A DNA stretch of 64,000 bases, from assembly GCA_964016885.1 (NCBI GenBank), contig OZ024756.1:37572001-37636000 (forward strand), given 5' to 3'. Below the pieces are notes generated by a model that was given only the letters and a program-made list of their open reading frames with translations, did not search any database and was not told the origin of the DNA. Source of the stretch: Eledone cirrhosa. Lineage: Eukaryota. The position numbers and the translations under genes are program-made. Position 1 is the first letter of the stretch, and the number at the start of each line of letters is the position of its first letter. Shown here in pieces: positions 42,122-57,127 of this stretch.

Positions 42122-42380
42122 GGAGGTGCTTGGCTTAGTGGTAATGGTGTTGGACTTATGATCATAATGTCATGAGTTCGATTCCTGGGCTGGGTTGTGT
42201 GTTGTGTTCTGGAGCAAAATACTTCATTTCACGTTGCTCCAGAGTATACTCAGCTGAAAATGAGTACCAGCAATAGCTGGGGGTTTGACTCTGCGATGGA
42301 CTGGCGTCCTGTCCAGGGAGTCTTGTGCTCTGATTCACTTCATGTCATGAAATTGGGATAAGTACCGGACTAACGTGCCT
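42122..42380 (+). mobile_element. tRNA-SINE with CORE-like and V-like domains
   Basis: TGGCTTAGTGG, GAGTTCGATTCC, GAGCAAAATACTT...ACTCAGCTG, CTGCGATGGACTGGCGTCCTGTCCAGGG. Confidence 0.75.
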
Positions 42381-42392
42381 TAAATGGCTTAA

Positions 42393-42610
42393 CCCTTTAA
42401 TGTTGAAACCGGCCAAAACCGGCCAGAATTCTCTACCTCTTTCTGTTGAAACTGGCTGTAACTGGTCGCTGAAACTGATATTAAGGTATTGTTCTCAAAA
42501 TAAATACTTTCAAAATCTCATAGATTCAATATTATGTGACAATTATGTGAGATAAAGCCTTTACCATGAATATATAATAGTTTATATAGAGTAATGTGAA
42601 GGCTAAAGGG
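42393..42610 (+). mobile_element. Complete piggyBac-type MITE (218 bp)
   Basis: TTAA-CCCTTTA ... TAAAGGG-TTAA termini; homologues at 8920, 50305 and 61205. Confidence 0.85.
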
Positions 42611-43089
42611 TTAAAACAGACTTTCACTAACATGTGGTATATTAATTAAGCACTGGTTGACCAAGGGCTAAACAACAACAACAACTATAATCCCACTGTT
42701 GCCATCATGCTCTTCTTTCTAGAAATGGTGACACACGGCCATCACCATCATTACATATATGACTACCACTACCACTACTACTACTACTATTATCATCACA
42801 AATAACACAACTACCGCCACAAGTTCACAACCACCACCGCTACCACCAACAACACAAAGTCCACCTCTACCGACCCCACCATAACCTGTACCACCACCAC
42901 CGCTGCAACAATCCTTATTGCACCCGTACCACAACAACCACCAACACTACCACCAGTACCACCATCCCTACAACAACTATCCCCACCACCACAACGCTCC
43001 CACAACCACCCACCACCACAACGCTCCCACAACCATCCCCAGCACCAGAGCGTTCCCACGACCCTCGTCCCCCCCCCAAACCCAACATG

Positions 43090-44295
43090 ACCCCACCACC
43101 ATCAGATATATCATGACCACTACAACACCCACCCCCACTACCATCACCACCCCCACCACATATATCATTACCACCATCAGATATCACAACCCATCCATCC
43201 CACCACCACCACCACCACCACCACCACAACGTTCCCATGACCCCCTCCCCAACAACTCCACAACACCCCACCACCACCACCACCACTTATATCACCCCAC
43301 CATCAGATATATCATCACCACCATGTTCCCACAACCCCACCACCACTACCACCATCACCACAATGTTCCCACGACCCCACCACAACATTCCCACAAACCC
43401 CCACCACTACCACTACCACCACTACAACGTTCCCACGACCCCACCACCACCTTCACCATAACCTTCCCACAAACCCCCACCACAACGTTCCCCCCCACAA
43501 CGCCCACCCCCACCACATATATCATCCCCCCACCCACCACCTCTACCCCACCATCAGATATATCATCACCACCACAACGTTCCCACGACCCCACCACCAC
43601 CTTCACCACAAACCCTCACCACCCCCACTACAACGTTCTCACGACCCCCACCCCCACCACATATATCATCCCCCCACCCACCATCAGATATATCATCACC
43701 ACCACAACCTTCCCACAACCCCCCTCCCCACAACGCCCCACCCCCACCACATATATCGTCCCCCCACCCACCACCCCTACCCCACCATCAGATATATCAT
43801 CACCACCACAACCTTCCCACAACCCCCCTCCCCACAACGCCCCACCCCCACCACATATATCGTCCCCCCACCCACCACCCCTACCCCACCATCAGATATA
43901 TCATCACCACCACAACCTTCCCACAACCCCCCCTCCCCACAACGCCCCACCCCCACCACATATATCGTCCCCCCACCCACCACCCCTACCCCACCATCAT
44001 ATATATCATCACCACCACAACCTTCCCACAACCCCCCTCCCCACAACGCCCCACCCCCACCACATATATCGTCCCCCCACCCACCACCCCTACCCCACCA
44101 TCAGATATATCATCACCACCACAACCTTCCCACAACCCCCCTCCCCACAACGCCCCACCCCCACCCCCACCACATATATCGTCCCCCCACCCACCACCCC
44201 TACCCCACCATCAGATATATCATCACCACCACAACGTTCCCACGACGCCCCCTCCAACAACTCCCCACCCATCATCATCACCACCACCATCAGAT
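43090..44295. repeat. C-rich ~100-bp minisatellite with CCATCAGATATATCATCACC core
   Basis: Core recurs about every 100 bp; most homogeneous at 43680-44230. Confidence 0.85.
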
Positions 44296-44904
44296 GATGT
44301 AAATCTATCTTGATTATATGTACCATAATTATACATATGCAATGGTTTGTCACAGCACTGCATAACTCCATTTTCTATTCAAATTACTATTGCTGCAGCC
44401 AAAACTGCACAATTCATGTCGCTAATGCACCATTTAGCTTGTTAAGCAATCAGCTGCACTTAATGAAATTAAACCCTATTCATGCATTTCCTATTGCACT
44501 GAAGCTTGGACTGCAGCTGCACTTTTGTCCTATAGCCTGTAATATATGCGTGTGTAGTTATGTGATCATATTTATTTCATTGCACAGAATTATGCATCAA
44601 GATGTGAATTTGTGCAGCATCGTTACAAGTGAGTTAGATGTTAGATAAAAAAAGAGTCATATCGTGTTGCACCACCTCATCAGCATAACACACTATGTTG
44701 TAATGTGTGCATACGAAAGGTTGTGTGCTGTGCATTAGTGTATATGTGTGTAATATATGTGGCGTGTGCAAGTTAATATCATCAATACATGTTCTTTTAA
44801 CTATAAAAAATAGTCAATGTTGGGTGTATATATATACCTAATTTAATAGACTAGCTTTCATAATAAAAAGACATGCATTAAAGCCATAAACTTTATATAT
44901 ATAT

Positions 44905-45329
<425 letters not shown>

Positions 45330-45336
45330 ATGTGAG

Positions 45337-45367
<31 letters not shown>

Positions 45368-45399
45368 ATATATATATATATGTGTGTGTGTGTATATAT

Positions 45400-45435
<36 letters not shown>

Positions 45436-45547
45436 GTGTATATATATATATATATGTGTATATATATATATATATGTATATTTGTGTGTATATATATATA
45501 TATATGTTTATATATATATATATATACACACATATATATGAAGAGAG

Positions 45548-45738
45548 TCAGGACCCCGACGGCTGAGCTCCAGCCGTTTCGACAGTTAGTTCTGAACGTT
45601 CAGAACTTACTGTCGAAACGGGCTGGAGCTCAGCCGTCGGGGTCCTGAGTCTTTACCTATTACCCACTCTACTACCCATAGTATTGAGTACTCCGGTGCG
45701 TTATGGTGCACCTGTTCCTTACCACACTTCATTCGTTA
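45548..45738 (+). mobile_element. Fold-back half-hammerhead element: palindrome 45548-45648 plus tail
   Basis: Centred on AACGTT; each arm carries GAAA-CGG..CCG-TC-GGGG; tail homologous to 38590-38680. Confidence 0.7.
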
Positions 45739-45788
45739 TATATATATATAATAAATGAAAGATAGTTACTGTAGAACATCTCTATTTA

Positions 45789-45861
45789 TTTTATTATACA
45801 TATTTCGAAGATGCAAGGATTATGTATAACATAATCCAAAACATGTTCTCATCAGACAAAA
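45789..45861 (-). ncRNA. Type I hammerhead motif with long stem II
   Basis: TTTTGT-CTGATGA-GAA..GGATTATGT-TAT-ACATAATCC..TTC-GAAA-TATGTA-TA-ATAAAA. Confidence 0.7.
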
Positions 45862-46055
45862 TGCATAGGAGATGCAGGATTCTCTTGATATACTGGCGGT
45901 CAAACGAGCTGGACAGATCAGTGAAAACCAAGCGTATGATTAGAAAAACACCCCAACACAGAAGATGTTATGTAAGTGGGAGAAAAATACAGATGGACTT
46001 AACTTTTTTGAAATTATTTAAAATATGACGTAATATATATATACATACATACATA

Positions 46056-46180
46056 TCATCATCATCATCATCATCATCACCGTTTTACATCCGTTCTTCC
46101 ATGCTAGCATGGGTTAGACGGGTTGTCCTGTTGTGGGCAGTGTCTGGTCGGCTGACCATGCCTTGCTCATACAGGAACTG
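46056..46180 (-). mobile_element. SINE family C 3' fragment
   Basis: Tail motifs. Confidence 0.7.
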
Positions 46181-46264
46181 TATATATATATATAACTATA
46201 TATTATTGAGTAAAATGACAGGAGACCAGACTGGTGAAATTCCTTCAAAGTTTTATACCTGCAA

Positions 46265-46322
46265 ACACTATGTACATATCAGTGGCCAGGTTAGGTAGGA
46301 TCCTGGTGACATCATCAAGTGT
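46265..46322 (-). ncRNA. Degenerate hammerhead motif
   Basis: ACAC-TTGATGA-..CCAGG..CCTGG..-GATA-TGTACA-TA-GTGT (two core substitutions). Confidence 0.45.
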
Positions 46323-46673
46323 ATAATTAACTCCGTTCCCACACCACCAACAGGATTCAACATGACAATGACTCTTCTACATGACTAGAACTGTTTCGTA
46401 AGAAACTTTCTTGATAATTTCTTATAAAGGAAACAGTTCTAGTCCTCACGAAGTCATTTCCATAATAAATTAAAAATGTATATATATTTATACATATATA
46501 TAATGCATACACACACACATATATATTATTCAATATATGGAAGTTGGTTGATCAAATAATCTGCTGACTTATTTTGTAAACAGACGTAAAGCACTATGAT
46601 TTGTATTCCTTAGGATTTTCTCGGTAAGGTAACAACCAGAGTTTCAATATCATGGATAAGAGAATCAGTTTTA

Positions 46674-46760
46674 TGTGTACATCTTTTTATTACACAATTC
46701 TGTTACTCTGATATCTTCGAAATATGTATAACAGAATTATGTAATAAAAAGGTGTACACA
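46674..46760. repeat. Imperfect fold-back containing the 3' half of the 45789-family hammerhead
   Basis: ~32-bp arms; TCTTC-GAAA-TATGTA-TA-ACAGAA. Confidence 0.6.
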
Positions 46761-46837
46761 AAACCGTCTCTCTTATTATGTATATATTATATAAAATGGT
46801 GGAGATTTTATATGGATGTAATGCATATATATATATA

Positions 46838-46965
46838 TCATCATCATCATCACTGTTTTATGTCCGTTCTTCCACACTAGCATGGGTTATACGGGTTGTC
46901 CTGTTGTGGACAGTGTCCAGTCGGCTGACCTTGTCTTGCTCATATGGGAACTGATATATATATAT

Positions 46966-47021
<56 letters not shown>

Positions 47022-47276
47022 TTTATGTCTGTTCTTCCACGCTAGCATGAGTTAGATGGGTTGTCCTGTTGTGGGCAGTGACCAGTCAGCTGACCTTGTC
47101 TTGCTTATACAGGAACTGATTCTGGCTTGATTTCTACAGCTGGATGCCCTTCCTAACACCAACCTCATTTACAGTGAGTGCTGGGTGCTTTTTTTTTCCA
47201 TGGCGCCTACACGTCCACTTTACAGTGTGGGCTGGGTGCTTTTTTGCCATGGCACCTCCACGACCACTTTGCAGTG
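46838..47276 (-). mobile_element. Two SINE B/C-type 3' fragments
   Basis: Tail and GGAAGGGCATCCAGC motifs. Confidence 0.7.
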
Positions 47277-47305
47277 GGAGGGGGTGAGGGCATATTGTCT
47301 ATATG

Positions 47306-47353
<48 letters not shown>

Positions 47354-47898
47354 GTATTGTCAGTTGTTCAAACACTTTATAAATTCCTATATAAAAAAAA
47401 TTTAAATACAAAATTAAAAAATTAAAAAATGGTAAAGTCTAATCAAGTAAATAATACCATATTTATGAATACTGGCGGCACAATATATTTTAGCTGAGGG
47501 GCTAAGAATATGTTTTACTCTTTAGATTAACATGAATTGTCCCATTCAACTATCTCCTATATCCTTCATATATATCCCCCCCCACCCCACCCATTTTAGA
47601 TTCCCCCCCACACACACAAACAGTGCCCAACATTATAAAAAAAAAATTCTTATTTCTATTATATATATCATTATATATATATTTTTTTTAAATTATTTTC
47701 TTTATTATGTTTTTTTTATCTTTTTGTTCGTTTTGTCTTGTTTTTGTTATATTTCTTTGTTATATATATGAGTGTATATATATATGTGTATGTATGTATA
47801 TATATATATGTATGTATGTATATATATATGTATGTCTATATATATATATGTGTATGTATATATATATATATATATATATAGACATACATACATATATA

Positions 47899-47956
<58 letters not shown>

Positions 47957-47970
47957 TATATATGTATGTA

Positions 47971-48017
<47 letters not shown>

Positions 48018-48027
48018 ATTATGTATG

Positions 48028-48060
<33 letters not shown>

Positions 48061-48079
48061 GTATGTATGTATATATATG

Positions 48080-48110
<31 letters not shown>

Positions 48111-48171
48111 ATATATGTATAGATATGTATGTGTGTATATATATATACATATATATGTATGTGTTTGTGTA

Positions 48172-48216
<45 letters not shown>

Positions 48217-48240
48217 GTATGTATGTATATATATGTATAG

Positions 48241-48281
<41 letters not shown>

Positions 48282-48744
48282 TATACATATATATGTATGT
48301 GTTTGTGTATGTATGTATATATGTATATATATATATACATATATATGTATGTTATCATTTTTATTATTAGCTGTAGTAGTAGCATTAATTATTATCATTT
48401 TTCGTTTTGTTTGATTTTTGTATTTGTTGGGTTCTTAAGGGACAATATAAATAAAATAGTGCAGAAATGAGGGGGGGGGGGGACAGGGAGTGGAGGTGGA
48501 GTGACTTAGAGTTGATAGAGAGAGAGGGGGGGTGAAGAGGTAGAGAAGGAGGAGTACTGCAATCAATTAGGAGTGCTTGAGTTAACATGAAGTGACTTTC
48601 ACATTCCCAATTCTAATATTGCCCCTTGGCAAAAATTCTCAAATTCCATTTGGCTCCTTTCAAATGTCTCCCCCACCAACACCATCACCACCATTGCCTC
48701 CTACCTCCCTTCTTTCTTTTTCTTTACAGTCTTCTGCCTTCCTC

Positions 48745-48791
<47 letters not shown>

Positions 48792-49571
48792 TCCTCGAGT
48801 CTTTTCTCTCTTGTCCCTCCTTACTTTTCCTAAGTCTTCCTTCTGTTTTCTTACCCCCCACCCCCCACCCTCCTTTACCTTTCTCTCTCCCTTCCCTCCT
48901 GTCTTCCTCCTTCTCCTTCCTTCCTCGCCCCACCTCCTCCTTCTCTTTCCTCCCCCATCTCTCTCATTCTCCTTCCCGTCTGACCCTTTTTCTCTTTCTC
49001 CTCTCTCTCCTCCTTCTCCTTTCTTCCCCCCTCACCTCCATATCCCTCCTCCTCCTCCTTCCCGTCTGACCCTTTTTCTCTTCTCCTCTCTCCTCCTTCT
49101 TCATGTCTATCCAGTCTTCACCTTCTTCACCTTCTCCCTTCTCTTCCTCTCCTCCCTTTCTTTTCACCCCCCCCCCCACTTCCTCTCTTTCACTCCTACC
49201 CCCCCATTCATCTCCTTTTCTCACCCCCACCTTCCCCATCATTTACCCCCCCCCTTTCTCTGTTACATTTCACAGGGAAATGAATTTAAACAAATTTGTT
49301 GATTTTTCTCAATGGAGAATATTTTTTTCAAGAAATTTCTTTGACAAAAGATGGAAACCTTCCTTCCCTTCCCTTTATTTAATTTTATAAGGGTTTCTTA
49401 TTTTATTTTATTTTATGTTTTCATATTCTATTCCACTTCATTATTTTATTTATTGCACTAAGTGGCCTTCACTAATGATGGCGTGAGGGATCCTTCGTTG
49501 GTTACTTGCAATGATGAATATTCATTCAGTTGTAAGATCAACTGAACAACCAATTTTTGAATTAATATCTA

Positions 49572-50303
49572 AGTGGTTGAGTATTCCATAGAGACATGTG
49601 TACTTTTAAATGAAATTCTCTGCCAGAAGCAGTGTGATAAAATATATACCATGCCAAAGCTGAACCTTTGGATACAGGCTCAGTCCATCTTGTTTGTGGT
49701 TGAGTATTTCAGACACATGTGGTCTTATGACAGAATCAGTGTGATAAAATATATACCATGCCAAAGCTGAACCTTTGGATACAGGTTCAGTCCATCTTGT
49801 ATGTGGTTGAGTATTCCACAGACATGTCAGCCCTTATGACAGAATCAGTGTGACACAATATGTGTCATGGCTGAACCTTTGGATTTCAGGCTCAGTCCAT
49901 CTTGTATGTGGCTGAGTATTCCACAGACATATGTGGTCTTATGACAGAATCAGTGTGATGTGATATCTGTCATGGCTAAATCTTTGAATTACAAGGCTCA
50001 GTCCATCTTGTATGTGGTTGAGTATTCCACGGACATACCATGGCTAAACCTTTGAATTGCAGGTTTAATCCCTCTTGTATTAAAGAGCAAGTGGTTGTGT
50101 ATTCCATAGAAATCTGTATATACCCTTAACATAATTCTCAGACAAAATCAGTGTGACACAATATGTGCCATCACTAGACCTTTGAATTACAAGTACAGTC
50201 CATCTTGTACTATGGTTAAGTGGTTGAGTATCCCACAAACATGTGTACTTTTAATGAAATTCCCACATGTGAAAAGACTAAACCTTTAAATTGCAGGTGC
50301 AGT
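49572..50303 (+). repeat. Degenerate tandem array (~8 units, 75-125 bp) of an interspersed-repeat segment
   Basis: GTGGTTGAGTATTCCACAGACAT...AATCAGTGTGA...AACCTTTG...CAGTCCATCTTGT; related inverted fragment at 41790-41885. Confidence 0.75.
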
Positions 50304-50304
50304 C

Positions 50305-50701
50305 TATATATAATATGTACTATTGTATTTTCATGGTAAAGCCTTTATCTCACATAATATCTCACATAATATCTCACATAATATCGAATCTATGAGATTT
50401 TAATGGCAGTATCGGTAGAGGGTCAGACGCCATGCTTTGCAGCATAGAGTTACGGCCCTTTATGATCTGAGTTCTAATCCCGCTGAGGTTAACTTTGCCT
50501 TTCATCCTTATGGGTTCGATAAAATAAATTACCAGTAATACACTGGGGTAATTGCTGGCCTTGTACCAAAAGTAGAAACAATTATTTACTTTGAGAACAA
50601 TACCTTAACATAAATGTGAGTGGCTAGTTATGGCCAGTTTGAACAGAAAGAGGTGAGAGAATTCTGGCCAGATAAAGCCAGTTTAAATGTTAAAGGGTTA
50701 A
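50305..50701 (-). mobile_element. piggyBac-type MITE with SINE A nested at 50403-50586
   Basis: Both flanks align with 42393-42590; ends TAAAGGG-TTAA. Confidence 0.8.
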
Positions 50702-51384
50702 GGTGGTGTTTGGAATATAACTTAATAAAGGTTCTTACATAAGATTATGAAACACTATAAACAAGCAGTTTTGTTTCACAGAATCAGGAGAATTTTGTTC
50801 CAAAAAGGTTTAATTCTGTCCAACATCTAAGGCATCTGTATATCTTGTGAAACCATGGATTGACATCTGGAAAGTTCTTGTCTAAGGAGCTGGCTTAGGT
50901 AAAGGTGTGTGTGTGTGTGTGTGCATGTGTGTGTTAGAGTGTGCAACATCTTAGGCAATTGTCTTTTACTATAGTCTCAGAACAACATGGTAAGATGGTG
51001 AAGTGTGATTTGAGGGAGCTTTGGTTGATACTTCTAGTGTGTACACCAACTACACTGAAGCTTCCTTGTTGATTGTGCTTGACCTTCCAGAAACAGCAGC
51101 CAAATTTCCCTCATACCACATCAACTCTGTGACTGTTTTTGACCAGAGCTTCTGGACAACCCAAGCCGTCCGAGTAAAATTTAGTAGAAGGAAACTTAGT
51201 TTTAGTGACAGAATGGTGAGAGAATATAGAACAGCCAACAACACAAACAGCGCCATCTACTGGCCTTTCAGGACCAATAACAAATGGCATTCACTTCCGG
51301 TGGAGATTTTAGGAAATATTAATTCACAGTTAGGTGACAGGAAGTCGTATTAGTGGACATAATGAGTGTATGACTGATAGATAT

Positions 51385-52052
51385 TGTTGATGGTGGTGGT
51401 GGTGTTGATGGTGGTGATGGTGGTGGGGTGATGGTCGTGTTGATGGTGATGGTGGTGGTGGTGGTGGTGGTGTTGGTGGTGGTGGAGTTGATAATGTTGG
51501 TGATGTTGGTGGTGGTGGTGTTGATGGTGATGGTGGTGGTGGTGTTGATGGTGATGGTGGTGGTGGTGGTGATGGTGGTGGTGGTGGTGGTGGTGATGGT
51601 CGTGTTGATGGTGGTGATGGTGGTGTTGGTGGTGGTGGAGTTGATAATGTTGGTGATGTTGGTGGTGGTGGTGTTGATGGTGATGGTGGTGGTGGTGGTG
51701 ATGGTGGTGGTGGTGATGGTGGTGGTGGTGGTGGTGGTGGTGGTGATGGTCGTGTTGATGGTGATGGTGATGGTGGTGGTGGTGGTGGTGATGGTGGTGT
51801 TGGTGGTGGTGGAGTTGATAATGTTGGTGATGTTGGTGGTGGTGGTGTTGATGGTGATGGTGGTGGTGGTGGTGATGGTGGTGGTGGTGGTGGTGGTGGT
51901 GATGGTCGTGTTGATGGTGATGGTGATGGTGGTGGTGGTGGTGGTGATGGTGGTGTTGGTGGTGGTGGAGTTGATAATGTTGGTGATGTTGGTGGTGGTG
52001 GTGTTGATGGTGATGGTGGTGGTGGTGGTGGAGTTGATAATGTTGGTGGTGT
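51385..52052. repeat. (GGT/GAT) array with higher-order unit marked by GGAGTTGATAATGTT
   Basis: Direct reading. Confidence 0.85.
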
Positions 52053-53270
52053 TGGAGGTGAGATATTATAGTGGTGGGGGGGGGTATTATAGTGGTGGTG
52101 GTGAGATATTATAGTGGCAGGGGTGGTGGAGGTGAGGTATTATAATGGTGGGGGTGGTGGAGGTGAGGTATTATAGTGGCAGGGGTGGTGGAGGTGAGGT
52201 ATTATAGTGGTGGGGGGGAGGTGAGATGTTATAGTGGTGGAGGTGGTGGAGATGAGATATTATAGTGGTGGGGTGGTGGAGGTGAGGTATTATAGTGGTG
52301 GAGGTGGTGGAGGTGAGATATTATAGTGGTGGGGTGGTGGAGGTGAGGTATTATAGTGGTGGGGGTGGTGGAGGTGAGATATTATAGTGGTGGGGGTGGT
52401 GGAGGTGAGGTATTATAGTGGTGGGGGTGGTGGAGGTGAGGTATTATAGTGGTGGGGGTGGTGGAGGTGAGGTATTATAGTGGTGGAGGTGGTGGAGGTG
52501 AGATATTATAGTGGTGGGGGTGGTGGAGGTGAGATATTATAGTGGTGGGGTGGTGGAGGTGAGGTATTATAGTGGTGGGGGTGGTGGAGGTGAGATATTA
52601 TAGTGGTGGGGGGGAGGTGAGATGTTATAGTGGTGGAGGTGGTGGAGGTGAGATATTATAGTGGTGGGGTGGTGGAGGTGAGGTATTATAGTGGTGGAGG
52701 TGGTGGAGGTGAGATATTATAGTGGTGGGGTGGTGGAGGTGAGGTATTATAGTGGTGGGGGTGGTGGAGGTGAGATATTATAGTGGTGGGGGTGGTGGAG
52801 GTGAGGTATTATAGTGGTGGGGGTGGTGGAGGTGAGGTATTATAGTGGTGGGGGTGGTGGAGGTGAGGTATTATAATGGTGGGGGGGTGGAGTTGAGATA
52901 TTATAGTGGTGGGGGTGGTGGAGGTGAGGTATTATAGTGGTGGGGTGGTGGAGGTGAGGTATTATAATGGTGGGGGTGGTGGAGGTGAGATATTATAGTG
53001 GTGGGGGGTGGAGGTGAGGTATTATAGTGGTGGGGTGGTGGAGGTGAGGTATTATAGTGGTGGGGGTGGTGGAGGTGAGGTATTATAGTGGTGGGGGTGG
53101 TGGAGGTGAGATATTATAGTGGTGGGGTGGTGGAGGTGAGATATTATAGTGGTGGGGTGGTGGAGGTGAGGTATTATAGTGGTGGGGGTGGTGGAGGTGA
53201 GGTATTATAGTGGTGGGGGGGGTGGAGGTGAGGTATTATAATGGGGGGGGGGGGTATTATAATGGGGGGG
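52053..53270. repeat. ~31-bp G-rich minisatellite GGTGGAGGTGAGRTATTATAGTGGTGGG, ~39 units
   Basis: Direct reading. Confidence 0.92.
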
Positions 53271-55295
53271 TCAGTGTTTGCTTTGTTGGTTGGTTTGATG
53301 GATAGACAGATTGGAAAGGTGGAAGAGAGAGGGCATGGAGGAGGAGGGGAGAAAGGAAGGACACTACAGAAGAGAGGATGTGGTGGTGGTGTGGTGGTGG
53401 TGTGGTGGCGGTGTGGTGGGGTGGGGGGGGGGGGTATCAAGAATAATTGACCAAGTTAGTTAAATGAAATTGAAATTTTGGCTGACATCAAATAAATCAC
53501 AAATCAACAACAAAAAGAATACGAAATGAAGAGGAGGGGGGGGGGGTGATGGAGGAGGAGGGATGTTGGTGGTGGTGGAGGTGGAGGAGGAAGGGTGGAG
53601 GAGATGGTGGTGGAGGGGGAGGAGGAAGAAGAGGAGGAGATGGTGGTGGTGACGGTGGTGGAGGAGGAAGAAGAGGAGGAGATGGTGGTGGTGGAGGTGG
53701 AGGAGGAGGAAGAGGAGGAGATGGTGGTGGTGGAGGAGGTGGAGGAGGTGGAGGAGGAAGAAGAGGAGATGGTGGTGGTGGTGGATTATGCTGATGATGA
53801 TGATGATTTCATGCACTGGCCACAAGGGCTGAGATATTAAATAATAATAAAATGCAATAATATTAGCTACAACAATGCTGATGATAATATATATACACAC
53901 ACATACATATATATATATATGTGTGTGTATATATATATACATGTGTGTGTATATATATACATATGTGTGTATATATATATGCATATTTCAAAAGCAACAA
54001 AGGTTGATGCTGGTGGTGTTATAGGTGTTGTTGTTGTTGTTAGTTGTTGTATTTGTTGCTATTCATGTTTCTTATAGTTGTTGTTACTGCTGTTGCTGTT
54101 ATTACTGTTGTTGTTATTACTGTTGTTGTTGTTGTTGTTATATTTAAAGCAAATATAATGAAAAAATAAATCAAAGAAATTTATTTTCTAAAAAAATTTT
54201 GAAAAAATAATTTAAATAGAAATAAAAATATAAATTCCAAAATTATATTTTAAAAGGAAATAATTATTTTTCTACATTTTCTTGTGTGTTGTTGTTATTG
54301 TTTTGTTGTTGTGTTTGTTGTTGTTGTTGTTGTTTTGTTTTTAGCTGAGAAATATAAAAACATGGAATAAAAATAAATTAATACTAAAAATTAAACTAAA
54401 ACACACGTGCACACACTTATACACACACAAATATACATGCATACATACACACACATACATATGTACATGCATACACACGCACACATACACATACATATTT
54501 ACATGCATACACACACACAAATAAACATACATAGTTACATACATCCACACACAATTAAACACACATACACACACACACACACATATTTACATGCATCCAC
54601 ACACTTAAATACACACATATACATATTTACATGCATACACACACACTTATAAGCACACATACACATACATATTTACATGCATCCACACACACTTAAATAC
54701 ACACATATACACACACATATATTTACATGCATCCACACACAGTTATACGCATACATAAACATACATAGTTACATGCATACACAGTTATACACACATACAC
54801 ATTCATAGTTACATGCATCCACATCCACATACATAAACATACATATTTACATACATGTACACAAACAAAACACATATATACACATAAACATACATATACC
54901 CACACACAGATATACACTCACACAACACACATATATATATATACACATATATATACACATATTCATACACACATAAACACACATATACACACACAAAACA
55001 CACACACACATATACACACACAAAACACACACATATACACCGTTAAACATAACTCAAAAGGTAAAGGGTTAATAAACAAATCCAAATAAAAATAAATAAA
55101 TAAACAAAAATCAATAATTTTAAATAATTGACATAAAATTAATATATCCAAAATTTAAAACAATTTTTTTAAATTGAAAAAAGAAAAAAAAATATACCAT
55201 CTGTTATATATATATTATAAATTGAAGATTTTTTTTGAAAATTAATTAATAGAAAAAGAATGAATACATTAAAACAAGTTAGGAACTATAAATAA

Positions 55296-55500
55296 ATAAA
55301 TAATTGTTTCTACTTTAGGCACAAGGCCAGCAATTACCCAGTACATTACTGGTACTTTATTTTATCGACCCCGTAAGGATGAAAGGCAAAGTCAACCTCA
55401 GCGGGATTTGAACTCAGAAATGGTTTCTGATATAGGCACAAGGCCAGCAATTTTAGGGGAGGGGAAAGTCGATTAAATCAACCCCAGCGTGTTTTATCGA
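55296..55500 (-). mobile_element. SINE family A fragments (two subfamily tails)
   Basis: Reverse-complement body and tail. Confidence 0.7.
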
Positions 55501-55670
55501 ACATCTGTGAAATGTTCGTAATTTTTTTATAATCAATAAAAACCTTAATGTGAAACCTTTCTTTGATATATATATATATATATATATATAGGACCTGTTA
55601 TTTTTATCTGAAGACATTTTTTCCAATTCCAACCTGCCCGTCCCCTCAATCTATCTTATTTCTCATTCTT

Positions 55671-55706
55671 TCTTCTGACGAAGGACTAGCGTCCGAAACG
55701 TTAAAA
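55671..55706 (+). ncRNA. Minimal type I hammerhead motif, in element ~55591-55794
   Basis: CTGACGA-A-GGAC-TAGC-GTCC-GAAA-CG-TT-AA; element homologous to 33549-33741 and flanked by (TA)n. Confidence 0.72.
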
Positions 55707-56495
55707 CCCTCTTCCTGCTATATCAAGCATTAACCTAATATATCCCTTCCATATACTGTACCGATTGTGTTGTTATTTCTGTTTATCTTTTTCATATATA
55801 TATATATATATAAAATCAAGGTCTAGCAAATAGAGAGAAAGTTTTAAAATAATTTTTAAAAAGTTCGCTGTACTTACTATATGTGCCTTTACCACGTGGT
55901 TTCAAATCCCAAAATAAATGGATAATCCAAGCGGATTTCCATTGAGAAGGGGACTCTCATCAGAAGGCTCTTCTCGCTCGGAGAATATAAAATTCCCGAG
56001 TTCAAATCACAAACTGACGCCATACAAAACTGTTCCCAGATGAGAGTGAATGAGGAAAGGAATAATTTTGTCTAGTGCCATGTGTAAAGACAGAAGGCTT
56101 TATATATATATATATATACACACACACTGTATATGTATGTATATATATGTGTGTCTGTGTGTGTGTATACCATTCTTCTTCACAGTTTCCCTGGTATATG
56201 ATAAATATATATCTGTTTATACAAAGATATGTTTATCATATATTCAGCTGCTTAGTGCCACAACTTAATATATATCATATATCAAAATTAACCACCAACA
56301 TGAGCTCTAATAATATGCTGACTTCAAAGTTTCAGCTTAGATGAAGCTGAAAAGTCGCAGGAACTTTTCTATTTAGAAAATAAATATATAACTATAACAC
56401 CCTGTATATATATATATATATATGTTAGGTAATTCCGAAGGAAAAGCAAAGGAAAAGAGAGTGCTCTTTTATATATATATATATATATATACATA

Positions 56496-56575
56496 CAGGG
56501 TGTTCCCAAAGAAATGTATACACACTTTGTAGAGAATGGTTTTGAAGTGTGTATATATTTTTGGAGGACACCCTG
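56496..56575. mobile_element. Tc1/mariner-type MITE, 80 bp
   Basis: TA-CAGGGTGT ... ACACCCTG-TA; ~31-bp imperfect TIRs. Confidence 0.7.
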
Positions 56576-56656
56576 TATATATATACACACACACACATAT
56601 ATATATATGTTAAAACAAGAATATATATATACACAGAAACATTTACATTTATATAC

Positions 56657-56735
<79 letters not shown>

Positions 56736-57096
56736 TATATACATATATATATATATGCATATATATATACATACATATATATACATATATATATACACAT
56801 ACATATATATACATATACATATATATACATATATATACATATACATACATATACATATATACATACATATACATATATATATATATATACATACATATAT
56901 ATATACATATACATATATATAAATACATATATATATATACATACACATATATAGACACATATATATACATATATATATATATACTTATATATACATACAC
57001 ATATATATACATATATATATATATATACATACATACGTATACATATATATACACATATATATACATATATATATATACATACATACATATACATAT

Positions 57097-57127
<31 letters not shown>

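Noticed and set aside
42918-44297. 459-aa mucin-like Pro/Thr ORF
   Set aside because: The minisatellite unit shifts frame between copies, so no coding constraint is evident
51021-51353. 110-aa ORF
   Set aside because: Only weak CR1-end-like patches (FSDRMVRE, WHSLP); looks like a mosaic of repeat remnants rather than a gene
55921-55968. Minus-strand CTGATGA...GAAA-TCC-GCTT-GGA-TT hammerhead-like motif
   Set aside because: Stem I does not pair and four extra bases precede GAAA
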